A DNA stretch of 64,000 nucleotides from Vicugna vicugna (taxonomy: Eukaryota). The DNA lies in assembly GCA_013265495.1 (NCBI GenBank), contig MU058815.1:62001-126000 (forward strand). Reading direction: 5' to 3'. Under the pieces are notes generated by a model. That model was not told the DNA's origin, did not search any database, and saw nothing but the letters and a program-made list of their open reading frames with translations. A program made the translations under genes and the position numbers. Below, piece by piece: positions 28,814 through 43,043 of the stretch. Positions within the stretch are counted from its first letter, which is position 1. The number at the start of each line of letters is the position of its first letter.

Positions 28814-29910
28814 CAGTATTTCTCAAATTGTGGTTTGCTGACTCCTGAGGTTCCCAAGGTGCCTTCTGGGAATCTGAAAGGTCAAAATTATTTTCCTAGT
28901 AATCCTAAAATATCATTTGCCTGTTTCAATATGTTGACATTTGCAATAACGGTACAAAAGCAGTTGTCAGTAAAGATCGTGACATGTTACAATCAATCAA
29001 GGCAGTGGCACCACAGTGTACTAGTGGCTAGTTATTTAAGAATTGCTTTGATGAAGCCGGATAAACTATTAATTCCTTCAAATCTCAATCTTTAAATACT
29101 CTTTTAAAAAATATTCTATGTAACAAGTTGTGACTCATGGATTAAATCCCTTTTGCTACATAATGAAGCAGATAGAAAAAGCACTTGTATGGTTGGTTGA
29201 ATTGTGAGTAAAACTAGCTGATTCTTACATGAAACACCATTTTTAATGGGAAGAACAATGAGTAGACACACTGGTTTTTTCAGAATTCAGTATTTGGCAG
29301 ACATTTTCTAAAAATTGAATGATGAGAGTTTGTCACTTCAAGGACAGTGACAATATTTGGGGCCCACAATAAAAATTGAAATTTCAAGTGAAAATTGGAA
29401 TTTTTGAAAACTTGTATCTCCTATCATGAGTTTCCTGATATTTAAAGACTTGCCTTACGAGAGCAGTCAAGATATTAATGACTGATTTTTAAATATTGAA
29501 CAATGAAATACATCAACATTTGAAATATCTTCATAATTTAATGAACCAGTATTTTATAAAGGACCAAAGCTATGAATGCAGAAGCAAATCTGAGAATCTT
29601 GCTGTTTTTCTTTCAATCCAGACATCAGAGATTTGAAAGAAAATATAAACAGTGCCACTCTTCTCATTAATTGCTTTTGCTTTAGAAAATATAGTTATTT
29701 TTAATGAAAACATGTTACTTCTGTGGACATGTACTGAGTTTATTACTACTATTTTAAAGGAATTAATAAACTTCGTAAAATGTTGTCAACTTTAATTTTT
29801 AATAAGGTAATATCAATAGATGTAATATACATAATAAACCCCTGTTGGGGTCCTCAGTGATTTGAAAAAGTATAAAGAGGTCCTCAGGCCATAAAGTTTG
29901 AGAAGCACTG
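28814..29910. mobile_element. hAT-Charlie (Charlie1-like) non-autonomous DNA transposon
   Basis: Imperfect terminal inverted repeats CAGTATTTCTCAAA (28814) and TTTGAGAAGCACTG (to 29910); Charlie1-like subterminal sequence. Confidence 0.82.
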
Positions 29911-32900
29911 CTTTTAGTGTCAGTCGCATTTCTCTGTTTGTTCGTGTGTCTAATAATTTTGGATTATGTTCTGGACATCGTGGTGTTATAATCACTCTGG
30001 GTTCTATCATTCCTCTCAATAGTGTTGATTATGTTTTAGCAGGAGGTTAATTTGTCTGAACACATACTCTGCCGCTTCTGCAGGGGGCAGCCTCTGAGAT
30101 CTCCTGCCAGTTCTCTTAGCTTTGGGACTGCCTTGCTTGGAGTCTGCCGTGCTCATGTACCATTCAGGGGCTAGCCAGGGATTTAGGCAACATTTACACG
30201 AATAATTTGGGGCATCTGCTCTGTAACTCCCTCCTTTCTGAGATTTCTCCCCTTATTTTTCGGCTTTTGTGGTTGCCCCAAATTACCTCCTCTGATTCCT
30301 CAGCCAGTAGGTGGGCAGGTTTCTGAGTTTTACCCATCATGCAAGCTGAGGCTTGCCCTCAGGCAGAACTCCGTAGAAGTGGGGCAATAACCCAGTGCCG
30401 TATCTTTCTTCCGAGTGTGAACTCCCCTCCAGTTTCTTTCTGTTCTTACCTCTCTGGTACCTTCAGTTAGTTTTTTTCTTGTGGGGTTTTGTTATTGTTT
30501 GTTTTTGTCCAGAGGTTACAATTGTTATCTGCAAGAGATTTGGTCCAATATGAGCTGCTTTGCCATTACCAGAAGCAAAACTCCAAACAGGAGGCAAAAA
30601 TAACTCAATTGTATTTCCGAGAAAAAAAATACTTCTTATGTTTGATATCACGACACACGACGCCTAAGATCTTTCACCAAGTCACTTAGGAAATAGGGTT
30701 AGGAGAAGAGGGAGGCTATTCTTATTCCTTGTATACCCACCTTACCTTTGGGCTTTTTAAAATTATATAAATTTATTATTTGATAATTTTTTAATTTAAG
30801 GGAAGAAAAACTGAAGTGAAATTAAAAAGACATTGCCAAAACTGAGGCTGCTTTTGCAGGTAACAGCATGGTGACTAAAAACATGGTCCCTGGATTCAAA
30901 CTATGTACATTTCAGTCTCAGTGATGCCTCTTATCAGCAGTGTGTCCTTGAGAAATAGACTTTGATATGTAAAATGGGAGGAGTAATATTATTTTCCCTC
31001 TACGTATATGTAAAGCACTTACTATGGAAGAGCATATGATAAAAATTCTCTAAGTGTTAGCTATTATTATTATTAATTTTAAGATACAATAATTTTAGCA
31101 TTGAGCAATGATGTCTAGGACAGTATACACTGAGGTAGGAAGAACAACATTAGGACCTCTGCTTATATTTTCACCTCTTCCTGTAACTTTTATTTGTGTA
31201 TGTTTATACACATGCATATGCATATGTGAACATATACATATATATGTATATGCACACATCAAATTACATGTGTAAAAATTTTTACCCTATTTCTAGTGGT
31301 ATGTGTGATTTTTTTTTAATTGTAGACTATTGACTCAGAGTTTAATCAAAACACAGAAGCATATATTTACAGCATCTTTATTATGAGAGAAACAAAGTTT
31401 CTCTCATGCAGAGCACAAAACATTTTCAAATCATTAATTACTTAAAGTTTGTCAACCTGTAGTGAGGGTTGAGAATAGTCTCATTTTGGACCAAGGTTGA
31501 AAAAGTCAATGTGTTGGATTTATCTCAGCCCTCAGTGAAACTTCCTTTGGCTGATCGCCACACCAAGGGCAGCACATTGCCTGGGATGCTTGGTTTATAT
31601 CAAGCAACTGAATTTATCAATAATTCAGAAAATGAGACAGACTTTATTTTGATCAGCAGTGTTACTCTAGATGTGTCCTGTAGAAAGACCACACATGTCA
31701 TCTCAACTGAAGTCACTTGATTAATGATGTATCTCCAACATAGAAAGCCTAGCTGAGTTAAATTGGGCCTTGGGAGACGTGGGAAGAATAGCTCTTGACT
31801 TTCAAGCCCTGATAACCAGGAACAGTGTGGGCCTTCTGCGTTTCCCCACAAGTCATGTTAGTCACTCACAAGTTAGTCACTCATGTGTTACATCTGTGGA
31901 TGGCCTCCACCCAGGAGGCTGCCGCAGAGTACCCACCAACGTGGAGCTTCTGACTTTTTTCTACGAAAATGGTAGTGGTTGTCACCCAGGCAAAAAGGGA
32001 GACATCAAAGTGTTCTTAGAAATAATAAATTAATCATCTTGAAAGAGAAAGAGAAGGAGAACTCAAAAACATCATACCAGCCACCCAAATTATTTTTAAA
32101 ACAATCAAGATGTTCCCTTCAAATATCAGGTGTTTTGGGGTGTCGATCCTAAGGGTGGGGGGCAGAGGCCGGAAGCCGCTGGGACTGATGTCAGTCCCAT
32201 GGCAGACAATCTATCAGAACCCAGCAGATGCCCTGGAATCTTCTGGCCTTTGGCGTCAAAAGGCATTTTCGGCCCCAAAGAACAAGCCGGCGACTTTGTT
32301 TCAGAGTAAATACGAAAGTAAGAACATGTGCTTTTAACAAGCCCACCACTGAGGTGCTCCCACGGGGGCAGAAGTTTGATTAGGGAACTTGTAATCAAGA
32401 GCCACACGTCCGATTTTGATGGCTGGGGCTGAGCGCTCTTCTTTTTCAAGTCTGTAGGTCCGGACTGAATTCGGAACTGTTTCGAAGACTGTCTGTGGCC
32501 TTTCTGGGTACTCCCAGGATCAACACCTAACTACTGCCACGTTGTAAAATCCAGAAACGCCTCTTGTACGTTTTATTGGCTGTGTTGTCCCAAGGTCCAC
32601 CACGAGGCCTGATACAAATTAGATTCTTGATAATATTTGTTCTTTTTGTTGAACAAATAAAAATACAGTGTATAGCTTTCCATGAAGTTACTTAGAACTA
32701 GGTCCAAACCTCGTCAAATTACTAATTAATCTTAGAAGTATCTCAAGACTCATAATTTGACTTTTCGATTAGAATCATAGAGCAAGTAGTTGATCTGTTG
32801 ATCTGTCACTGCTGTACGAATCCTTAACGAAATCATTTCTTTAGTCATATATTTTAAACCCTTCATTCTTCAATGGGGTCCATGAATTAAATGACAACAT

Positions 32901-34447
32901 TTCCAGTTAAAGGACTTCTCTAAGTCTCATTTAAATAAAATGAAACCACCATTTCAGGCAGGCAAGCATGGGCAAACTTCTCATTTTAAGTTACTTTTCA
33001 GTTACAAATTTTAATTTAATTTGATTTTTTGGTTTTAATAACACAGGTTTTTGTTCCTTTAAATGTGTCTGACAAACTTAAATTCTATGGTCAGTATACT
33101 CTTCTGAAAGGAGGTTAATACTGTGATCTTTCATAAGAAAATTGACTTGCACAAAAAGGTCTGCTAAAACTCTGTTGCTAGAAAATGCAGCTAATTATCT
33201 CTACATGTATGTAAGCAGAGCACAGGGCTCCAGGACCCAGATGCACATGGGCTCCACATTCAAGAGCTCCAAGCAGATGAGAACACCACTCAGATCATTA
33301 ATATTAAGAATGGCTTTCTAGTCTCAATATTGGGTGAGTGTGCAAAACTGATGGGCAATTCATACCTTACGTCAGTAGTTCTCAGCCCTAGCTAAACATT
33401 AGAATTACCTAAGACGCTTAAAAAAAAAAAAAGCATAAGATGCATGTCATCCCTTTCTATATAGAAAGAGTCCTAGAAATCCAAATTTTGTCTCTTGGGA
33501 AGTCTGGTATTTGGTACAATTTTTTTGTTGAGGCTTTTTTTCTTTTTTGCTACTTGTAGGAAATTCATTTTCTGATCTATAGTTTATGAAATCGCCTGTG
33601 GGTGAGAGCAACGAATAGCTCTGATTAGTTGATGGTATTTAATTCAGAATGGAGGAGAGTGGAATCCCCTATTTGGGTACGTTTAGCCAAGAATGATCCA
33701 GAGAGAAGAAACTTAAGATCAATGACGATATTGACAAATGTCCAGGGCCTCTGATCTCTTTCATGAAGTACGTGTTACAGTTGCCACCAAATTACCAGGG
33801 TTTTGTATCTAAAAACAAATATCGATTTTGAACAATTTTGCCTCAATCATTACACGTTTTGATACATTTTATATGTATATGTGTATATACATACTGATAA
33901 CATTTTACCACTACATAATTAGTCGAGTCTCTCTTTTTTGATCTACAGTTTTGTTTTAAGTGTGGACCTAGATTAATGGAAGGAAATATCAAAAGAGAGT
34001 TGCCCAACATTTAATCACATCAGGATATGAACATATATCATTGTTTTTAAGACAGGAAATTACTAAGCCAGGAAAGCAAGGTTTAGATTAAGTATAGTAG
34101 TAAGAAAATTTAGCTTTTTAAAAATGAGAGATTTTTGTTTAAAATGATTCAAGAAATTAATGCAAAGCTATAAAGAGAACACTGTCAGAAAGCTGACTCC
34201 TTGAGAGAGAAGAGTTAGCTGTGGGGTTCTGTCCTCCACAGAAGACAGAAAACAAAATTGTTTCCTTTTTCTTTGAAGAGTAGAGTGTATATTCATATAG
34301 ATATCAAAATGATTCTTATCTGAACTATTTGCTCTTGTATTATTCATAAGCTTTTTCAGTTTAAAACATTTTATATGAATTTTGGTTTAAATACACATAT
34401 GTAGTTAGCTAAAAACTTAAACTTTGGCACGTCAGCTTTTTAAAATT

Positions 34448-34550
34448 GAGGGAGGGTGTAGCTCAGTGGTAGAGTGCGTGCTTGGCATGCACAAGGCCCT
34501 GGGTTCAATCCCCAATATTTCCATTAAAAAATAAATAAAATAAATTTACC
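34448..34550 (+). mobile_element. tRNA-Ala-derived SINE (camelid Vic-1-like)
   Basis: A box tagctcagtgg, B box ggttcaatccc, AT-rich tail. Confidence 0.88.
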
Positions 34551-34769
34551 TTATGAATCTTATATACAAGGCACTATATCTCGCATAAATTTACTGTCTT
34601 AATTGGAGCTTTGCAAAAAGCAGATATGCATTCTAGACTGATCAGTCATTTTTGTAATCCATTTATATTTATGCGTTTTAATCACCAAAGATCTCCGGTG
34701 ACAGTGTTATTCATTAACTTAGCATCATTCTCAGAGGTCTTAAAGTCAGTTAAAGATCTCAAAACTGGG

Positions 34770-36100
34770 GCGAGTTCCCAAGGTGGCAGAGTAGAAAGAC
34801 CCTGAGCTCCCCTCCTCTCATGGGCACACCAAAATTACATCTGTTTACAGGACAGCTATCAATGAGAAAGACCAGAACCTACCAGGAAAAATGTACAGCT
34901 AAATATGTAAAGAGGGAACCACAACGGAGCTGGGCAGGAGGGGCGGAGTTACGGTCTAGTCAAGACCCACACCCCCGGGGAGGGTGACCCACAAACGGGA
35001 GAAAAATTACAGCTGTAGAGGTTCTTCCCAAAGGACCCAAAGGGGTCAGAACCCCACATTGGGCTCCCCGACCCAGGGGTCCTCTCCCAGGAAGGTGAGT
35101 CCCCAGAATGTTTGGCTTTGAAGTGCAGTGTGCTACCTTTGGGAGAGCAGAGGGCAGTGGGAAGCACCCTATTCTTAAAGGGCACACAAAATCTCACTTG
35201 CTCTGGGGCCCAGGGCAGAAGCAGGAATTTGGAAGGGGCCTGGGTCAGATCCACCGGCTGATCTCTGAGAGTCTCCTGGATGGGCAGGCGGTGACCAGAG
35301 CTTATCTTGGGGACATGGACACTGGAGGAAGCCATTTTGGGGAGCTCGGCTTGGTTCTGCGACGAGGACACTGGTGCTGGCAAGCGCCATTTAGGACCCA
35401 GCCCCACCCCTGCCCACCAGCCTGTAGGCACCAGTAGTGGGACGCCGGAGGCCAAGGAACTAACTGGGCAGGGACAATCCCCCACAAGCAGATAGGCTGC
35501 CTTAAGGCCCCCTGAGCCCACAGCTGCCCCTGGATGTGGCCCTGCCCACCAGAGGACCCAGGACCTGGCCCCACACACCAGTGTGCAGTCACCCGACCTG
35601 GGACCTCAAGGGACCTGCAAGCCACAGGCGTGAGGACACTGCTCATCTGTCAGCACCAGAATCCCCTGGGCCTTGGTCATACTCACCAGGGAGCCTTGGG
35701 ACCAGCCTCACCACCAGGTGGACAGCAGCCCCGGGACACCTGCAGCCCCACAGCGACCCAGGCCACGCACCAGCAGGCCAGCACCAGCCTTGGGACTTGC
35801 TGGGCCCTGCAGCCAGACTGCAGGACTTGGCTTTGCCCGCTGGTGGGAAGGCACCAGTGCTGGCATCTCCTGGACCCTGAATCCACCCAATAGTGATCCA
35901 GCACTAGCCCTGGGGCCTCCTAGGGTCCCAAAGGCAGCCGCCTCGCGACCCGCCCCTGCAAACCAGCAGCCAGCAGCCTCCACACAAGGACCCGTGCAGC
36001 CCACGTAGGGAACAGCCCTAGAGCACAGAGCCGTGGTGACCAGAGGGAGCGGGTTGCTAGAACGCATAGGCCATCTCCTCTAACTAGGTGAACCAAAATG
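34770..36100 (+). mobile_element. L1 5'UTR (GC-rich internal promoter region)
   Basis: Begins caaggtggcagagtagaaagaccctgagctc...gggcacaccaaaattaca, typical of laurasiatherian L1 5' ends; no ORF1 follows. Confidence 0.75.
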
Positions 36101-36179
36101 CAGGGGAAAAAAATTATTTTAAAGTCAATACTATTAAACATAGGTTAAGTAAGCTGTAAATGTTGGTCTGTCAATGCAG

Positions 36180-36455
36180 AAATTTATAATAGCCAAAAAT
36201 GGAAGCAACCTAAGTGTCCATCAAGAGGTGAATGATAATGATATGGTGTGTGTGTGTGTGTGTGTATGTGTGTATGGAATGTATACTCAGCTATAGAATA
36301 CTACTCAGCCATAAAATAATGAAATTTTTCCATTTGCAACAACATGGATGGACCTGGAGGGTATCATGTTTGGGAAAATAAGTCACACAGAGATAGATAA
36401 ATACTGTCTGTTATCGCTTATATGTGGAATCTAAAAAATAAAACAAACCACTATA
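36180..36455 (+). mobile_element. L1MA-like 3' fragment containing (TG)n
   Basis: aatggaagcaacctaagtgtccatca...catggatggacctggagg...atgtggaatctaaaaa. Confidence 0.85.
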
Positions 36456-36849
36456 AATTTTACTTAAAATGGCATGAAGAATAGTCTCACTTTACATGAA
36501 CCCTTGGGCAAATTATATTAGTTTTGCAAAGTTGGCTTCAAAAATATCTGTATCTCTTATCTCTAACCTTATTATTTCAAACGTTCTAAATTTCCTCCTT
36601 TGGTCTTATGGGTTGGATAAATTATTGTTTAAAAATATTTTAATGGAGGAAAACAGAAACAGAAGTATTTAACTAAGTTAAAGAGTAACTTCTGCTTTAT
36701 AAAAGGACTGGTTCTTGTAAACTTCACATAAGAGTATCAATCATTTTCACTTGGTTATTTCACTTCCACTATCTGCACATGATTTTTAAATGCCATCCCT
36801 TTGATTTTTAAAAGCAACAATGATTACACTTTGAATATAATTTTAAGAT

Positions 36850-37100
36850 CTTTTTGACTGAGGTAGAGTTTATTTACAGTATTAGTTTCAGGTGTACAAC
36901 ATAGTGATTATGTTCCGTTTATAGATATTATAAAATACTGGCTATGTTCCCTGTGCTGTACAATACGTCCTTGCAGCTTATTTATTTTATGCTTAGAAGT
37001 TTGTACATCTTAACCTCCTGCTCCTAACTTGTCCCTCCCCTCTTCCCTCTCACCATTGGTAACCACTAGTTTGTTCTCTATTTCTGTGAGCTGGTTGCTT
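36850..37100 (-). mobile_element. L1 3'UTR fragment
   Basis: gtttcaggtgtacaacatagtgatt...ttccctgtgctgtaca...ggtaaccactagtttg. Confidence 0.82.
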
Positions 37101-37775
37101 TTTTGAATTCCGCTCAGCAGTGAGAAGGAACACACGATTGATACACACAGAACTGGGATCAGTCTCAAAGGTATTATGCCCAGTAAAAGCAGCCTGGCTT
37201 AAGTGGTTAAACACGGTGTGATTCCATTATAAGACATCTTTGAAAGAACAAAAACTAGTGATGGAGTGGCCTGGAGTAGTTTTTTCTTTCACTCCACTAG
37301 CTCATCGTGTTTCTTTTTAATATTTGACTAGATTCGTTATTCATTTAAGTCTGGTCTGGTATAAGTTCCTCGTTTCTGTGATGAACGACACCACCGTGAG
37401 CAGTATTGTCGGGTTTTGGAGAAGCTATTTTGCTCAATCACAGTGTTCCCCTTCACACACTCTGTGCAGAGTTGGGAGGTCGGATGTCAGAGCCCTCCAG
37501 GCTCAGCTCCCGGGGTGGGCAGTTGCAGCTTTAACTTGACCTATGCCACGCACCTCAGCCTATACGTATTAGTCACAGCTCCCCCTAACAGTGATGCCAT
37601 CTCCTTAGGTTTGGGATTTTAGGGTTTTTTTTTCCTGTGTAGATTTAATCAGGTCTTCACTGAATTTTGACCTGACTTTCTTTCTTTCTTTTTTCTTTTC
37701 ATTTATTTTTATCATTATTTTTATTTTTTTTAAAAAAATAGATTCTTTTTTTCCCTTCTTAATATACAGACTGAC

Positions 37776-37931
37776 TTTTTAAAACTTTATTATTATTTTA
37801 TATATCTTTATTTGGGGGGAAGTAATTAGGTTGATTTATTTACTTACTATTTTTGATGGAGGTACCCAGGATTGAACCCAGGACCCCAGGCATGCTAAGC
37901 ACACACTCCACCACTGAGCTATACCCTCCCT
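37776..37931 (-). mobile_element. tRNA-Ala-derived SINE (Vic-1-like)
   Basis: Reverse of gggagggtatagctcagtgg...gcttagcatgc...ggttcaatcc with T-rich tail. Confidence 0.9.
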
Positions 37932-40391
37932 TTGACTTGGATTTATCTCTAATCTCTTGTTTAATGCCTTTTCTACACTCAACCATGAGTCAGTTTTTTC
38001 CAAGGTCCTCTTAGGCTGGAGTTTTTCTTTTTAAATATGGCTTGAATTTCTGACAGCATTTCTCCACTGTGACCTGGTTTTCCTGTTAACTTAGTTGAGA
38101 TTCATTCTGTGCTCATTGCCAGCTGGACATCACCAGCCAAGCGGTCCCGGAGGTCACGGCGCAGATGGTCTTACCAGCCAAATGCAACTGCTCCAAGCTC
38201 TGAATTCATTAAGTCAATTTCAAACATGCAGGGAGAAGAAGGGGAAAGGTATAGGGTGAGTTAACAGACTCAGGGTGGGAGGGCCATGGTCTGGATGCTG
38301 GTTACACAATGTTCACGTCTTCTGCCGCATCAGTGTCCCTGTCATGGTGTTGTTGAGGACCAGAACTGAGGCTTGAGTAAGGAGTTGCAATCAGAGAAGC
38401 TGCCTGTGGCCAATGGGACACGGATGCCTGGCTCTGTCGCTGATGGCCAGTAAGTTTGCTGAGCAGCTGCAGGTTACGTTTCTTAGGCTGGGTACACATA
38501 GGGCTAGGAGGAGCGGTTGAATTAAAACCTCATGAATATTTAGTGCCTCATGAGTATTTAGTGCCTCGTGAATATTTATGGTCATGGATTTTAGGGTTTT
38601 ATTAGTCTTTTCATTCCTCTTTTATCTGTGTTTAGTACACACGTGCTTTGCTCGTGAACTTATCTTTATCTACACATCTTAGGAATTTTGCCAATATGTC
38701 TTCCACTCTACATACTTACTAACTACTTATCCAAACCTTTTTCTTACAGTCATACTTACCTATCTGTCTTACGGCTTTCCTCTTTCCTCTTGTTTTCTCA
38801 GCTTCTATAGCACCATTGAATATTAGCAAACAATTCAAAATGCACATTGCACTGCGATACCCTGACCCCAACCTGCTGAGAAATGGAGGAGAGAGTAGGG
38901 AATCAACATCCGTGTTTGTGTGACCTCGAGTCTTCCTCTATTACTCTGATCACTGTCAGGGTGATTAGCAAGGGTGGCTTTCCATCTGCAGCCAAATGGG
39001 CCTGCCGGTGCCAGGATCGAGAACCGGGCCTACCCACTCAGTCACTGTCAGTACCGGACAACTGCCATCACTGGCATAACTGTTCACCTCCCATCTTTGG
39101 GGGGACCTGGTGCCCTAACACTCAGCGCACAGAGAAGAAGAGAAAGCACACTTCTCAGATAGGTGGATCCGACAGAGAGACAGAAAAGAGAGGGGCTGGG
39201 CCACAAACCCTCAGTGTCTTCTCCCCAAATGACTGCTCACGTGAGCCCCTTCTCTTCCCTGAAACGAAGGTAAGAGTGGGGAGGGGAGGGAGGTCAAGGG
39301 TGTTGCCCCAGTGAGCTCCCTCCATGTAGAGCCTAGACGTCCCACCATGGGAATTGCTTGCTACCAACCTTTGACTCTTAGTTACCACAGTCTTGTTAAA
39401 GTATACTATTCCAGTGAATAATATTTTATTTTTCACTTACTTTTAACACCTTTATTGTGGTATGATTCCTGTACAGTAAGCTACACATATTCCAGATAAA
39501 CAATTTGATGAATTTTGACAGCTGTATACACCAGTGAAACTACCACCACAATCAAGACAGCTCACATTTCCCTCACTCCCCTCTTGATTGCTTTTTCTGT
39601 TCAGGTATTTCATTTAATGCCTTAAAAATAGCACTGAAGTCCTTATTTGGACATTTAAAATAGCTCCAGCTGTCTTCCGAAGGATAAGAGCTTTAAATAG
39701 CCTGCCTCTACACTCGCCCGTGTACCGGGTACTGAGTTCTTCTCGTTGGCGCTGAATCTCTCCAGGGCGCTTCGCGGGCACTGGCTGCTCACCTGGCCTG
39801 TTATTTCCAGCTGATGCCTTGAGATGGCAAAACAGAATTTCCTTGCTTTCCACTCCCGATGTTTCTTTAAAATGTGTTCTTTAAGCAGTGCATCTATACA
39901 AGCGACAAAGTGAATATGATCAAGGAAGAAATTTAAGTTCAAAGAAAAAAGGAAATAGATTTACATTCCACTACATAGAACACATGTATATATTTAAATC
40001 TATTTAAAAATGATTGCTATTAAATACCTGAATCACTTCATCATTACATTTCATAAATGGAAAGCACCTTAGAGGCTGTCTTGTCAAAACTCTTTATCTT
40101 ATAAGTAAGGAAACTGAAATCCAAAGATTCTGCTTCTTGTCAGTCAGAATATATTTTGAAAGCAGTCTGACTCATTCCAATATTCCAAAATTTTTATTCT
40201 GACAGTAAGGAGTTGGTTCTAGCTTCACAAAAAAGATGTTAATAATCAAAAATCTCATTGAACTAATCCCAGTGATAATAGACACTCATTTTCAAAGAAA
40301 ATCATTTTTTAGACCCTTTATTGTAAGAAAAATTCAGAAAACTGGAGAGAATAATAAAGCATACCCATCACTTAGTTTTAATACCTGTTAA

Positions 40392-40820
40392 CTGTATCAG
40401 TCAGGAAAGGCTATGTTATATTCTAGTAACAAACAGCCCCAGTGGCTTTACAGTGGCCTTTAAAGCAACACAATGTTCTGCTATACATTCAACATAGGTT
40501 GGTGGGAAGATCGGGGGCTATGCTTCATCGAGGCATCACTTGGGGGCCCAGGTTGACAGGGGGTCTGTAATGCGATGATATCAACAGTAAAACAAGAGGC
40601 CTCTGGGTTTGCTGTGGCCAAGACTGAGTGGAGTCTGGAGAATCAATACAGGTGATTAAATCCTTCCCCCTGAAGCATGTTATTACTTCTGCTCACATTT
40701 CATCTGCCAGATCTGTTAACCCAGCCACGACTGTATTAACTCCAAGAATGTGGGGAGGTGTGATTCTCCAGGGATTAGAAAGGAGGGGCAACCAGATACT
40801 GGTGAACGTTAGTGATGTCT
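40392..40820. mobile_element. Old MaLR LTR (MLT1J/K-like)
   Basis: tgtatcagtcagga...gtaacaaacagcccc...tacttctgctcacatttcat. Confidence 0.65.
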
Positions 40821-41029
40821 GAGTCTGCTCTGTTTGCTTTGTTAGTTGCTCGGGAGTGGGTTGAAATTGTTTAATGTAAACTACAGAGGTACCATTTACC
40901 CCTACATATTCTGTTGTTTATCTCTGTAAAACAAAGACATCCCTCTCATTTTTCCTACAGTATCACAGTGTGAGTTATAGACATTATGGTAATTCACCTC
41001 AAAATACTCCAGGATGCATTTTTTAGAGA

Positions 41030-41518
41030 TTTACTTAGCATTTAAAAAAAATTTTATTGAAGTGTAGTTGATTTACAGTGTTAGTTTCAGATGTACAGCA
41101 AAGTGATTCAGTTATACATATGCATACATACATATTTTCTTTTCAGCTTCTTTTCCATTATATGTTATTATAAGAAATTGAATATAGTTCCCTGTGCTGT
41201 ACAGTAGGCCTTTGTTGTTTATCTATTTTAATGTGTCTGTTAATCTCCAATCCCTAATTTATCCCTCCCCACTCCTTCCCCTTTGGTAACCATAGTTTGT
41301 TTACATCTGTGAGTCTGGTTTTAGTGCATAAATAGAATTTGTATATTTTTTAGATTCTGCATATAAGTAATATCATATGATATTTGTCTTTCCCTGTCTG
41401 ACTTACTTCACTTAATATGATAATCTCTAAGTCCATCCATGTTGTTGCAAATAGCGTGAATTCATTCTTTTTATGGCTGAGTAATATTCCATTATATATA
41501 TGTACCACAACTTCTTTA
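41030..41518 (-). mobile_element. L1 3' fragment
   Basis: Reverse 3'UTR and ORF2 end; degenerate TSD caggatgcattttttag / caggacgcctttttaaa. Confidence 0.88.
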
Positions 41519-42580
41519 CAGGACGCCTTTTTAAAACTAAGCTTTTACTTTACAATCACATGATTATTATCATGCCTAACAAAATTAACAACTCCCCAGT
41601 ATCTCCAATATCAATTCACAGTTAAATTTTCCAATGATCTCAAAACCTGCTTTCTTGTGTACACACCAGGATCCGAGTAAGAACTATATGTTGCATTGTT
41701 CTGTCTCATATAATCTCTCTTAATAAAACATAATTCCTTCTTGTGCCCTCCAACCCCTTTCCATAGGACCTTCACTTTTTGCACAGACAGTCACACTGTG
41801 TTCTGTCTACTGAATATGGTTGTGCTGTAACGTGTTCCACTTTCTGATTTTATCTGTTTCCTTGTAGAGATACCTCACTTGCTCCTTTACCCTGTATTTA
41901 TCCATAAACTGGAAGGCAAACAGAAAGGCTTCATTCTACTCAGTTAACCATTTTGGACGAGACCCCTTCCTCAGTAATAGCACAGCGTTCCTGTTGTGCC
42001 GCTGAAGGGGCGGCCCGTGTCTGGCTGCCCACTCTCGGTGCTGGTAATGCTGATCACAGTCAAGGCCTTCCAGTGAGTGTCGCCTTCCCCCCTTTCCAGC
42101 AACAAGCAGTCTGCGCAGGGGTGTTTTGGCACCATGTCAGTTCCCCACTAAGCCTCAAAGGAAAACATTTTCAGAAGCAATACGCATTTCCATTTGCATC
42201 TCTCCCCAGGCAGTGACGTTTCTAGTAAATACCGAGAAGCTATGAACGTTAAGCAAGTCAGCGTAGAGACCTGGCTGTTGGATGTCTCAAGTCAGCGAGA
42301 GGAAAAGCCTAAATCCTGTTTAAAATGCCACTCCTTCCTCTCAGTTCTCTCACGCGGCTGCGCTCTGGCTTTCGTGCCGCCCTGGCCTCTTGGTCCTGCT
42401 GCTCCCGCTCTGGCCTCTCCTTCGGCGTGTGACCTGCATACTCCGTCCTGATCCTGAACCGGGACGTCGCGGTGCTGGCCCAGGTGCTATCTCTTTGTTC
42501 CTGGCATAACCTCTTGGGAAGATATTTTCCATGCCTGTGACTTAACGGCGGCCCATGCACTGGTGACTCACACAGGCCAG

Positions 42581-43043
42581 TGTACTAGGATTACCTGCAG
42601 AAACAGAACTGATAGGACATATGTCCATACGCTTATATGGAGAGAGAGAGATTTATTATGGACCCATATAATTATGGAGGCTGAGAAGTCCCAAGATCTA
42701 CTATCTGCAAGCTGGAGACCCAGGAAAATCAGTGGTTTAAATTCCGGTCTGAGTCCAAAGGTCTGAGAATCAGAGGAGATGATGGTATAATGCCCATTCT
42801 GAGGACAGGAGACCACACCCCAGCTCAGGTATTAGGCAGAAAGCAAGTTCCAGCTTCCTCCTCTTTTTGGTTCTATTCAGACCTTCAATGGATTGGCTGA
42901 GGCCCACAGGCGTTGGGGCGGGCCGTCTGCTTTACTCAGTCCACTGATTCAAAGATTAACCTCATCCAGAAACACCCTCACAGACACACCCAGAAATAAT
43001 GTTTAGCCAAATACCTGGGTTCCCTGTGATCTGGTCAAAGTTG
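42581..43043 (-). mobile_element. ERVL LTR (MLT2-like)
   Basis: gagatttattat...ggaggctgagaagtccc...ctgcaagctggagacccagga...aaacaccctcacagacacaccc...gttgacacata. Confidence 0.88.

Noticed and set aside
34452..34524. Possible tRNA-Ala gene
   Set aside because: Acceptor stem mispairs, anticodon loop is altered, an AT-rich SINE tail follows and five similar copies are dispersed in the window; it is a SINE
34949..36141. Cluster of 70-209-aa ORFs
   Set aside because: All lie in the GC-rich L1 5'UTR on both strands with no coherent frame or homology
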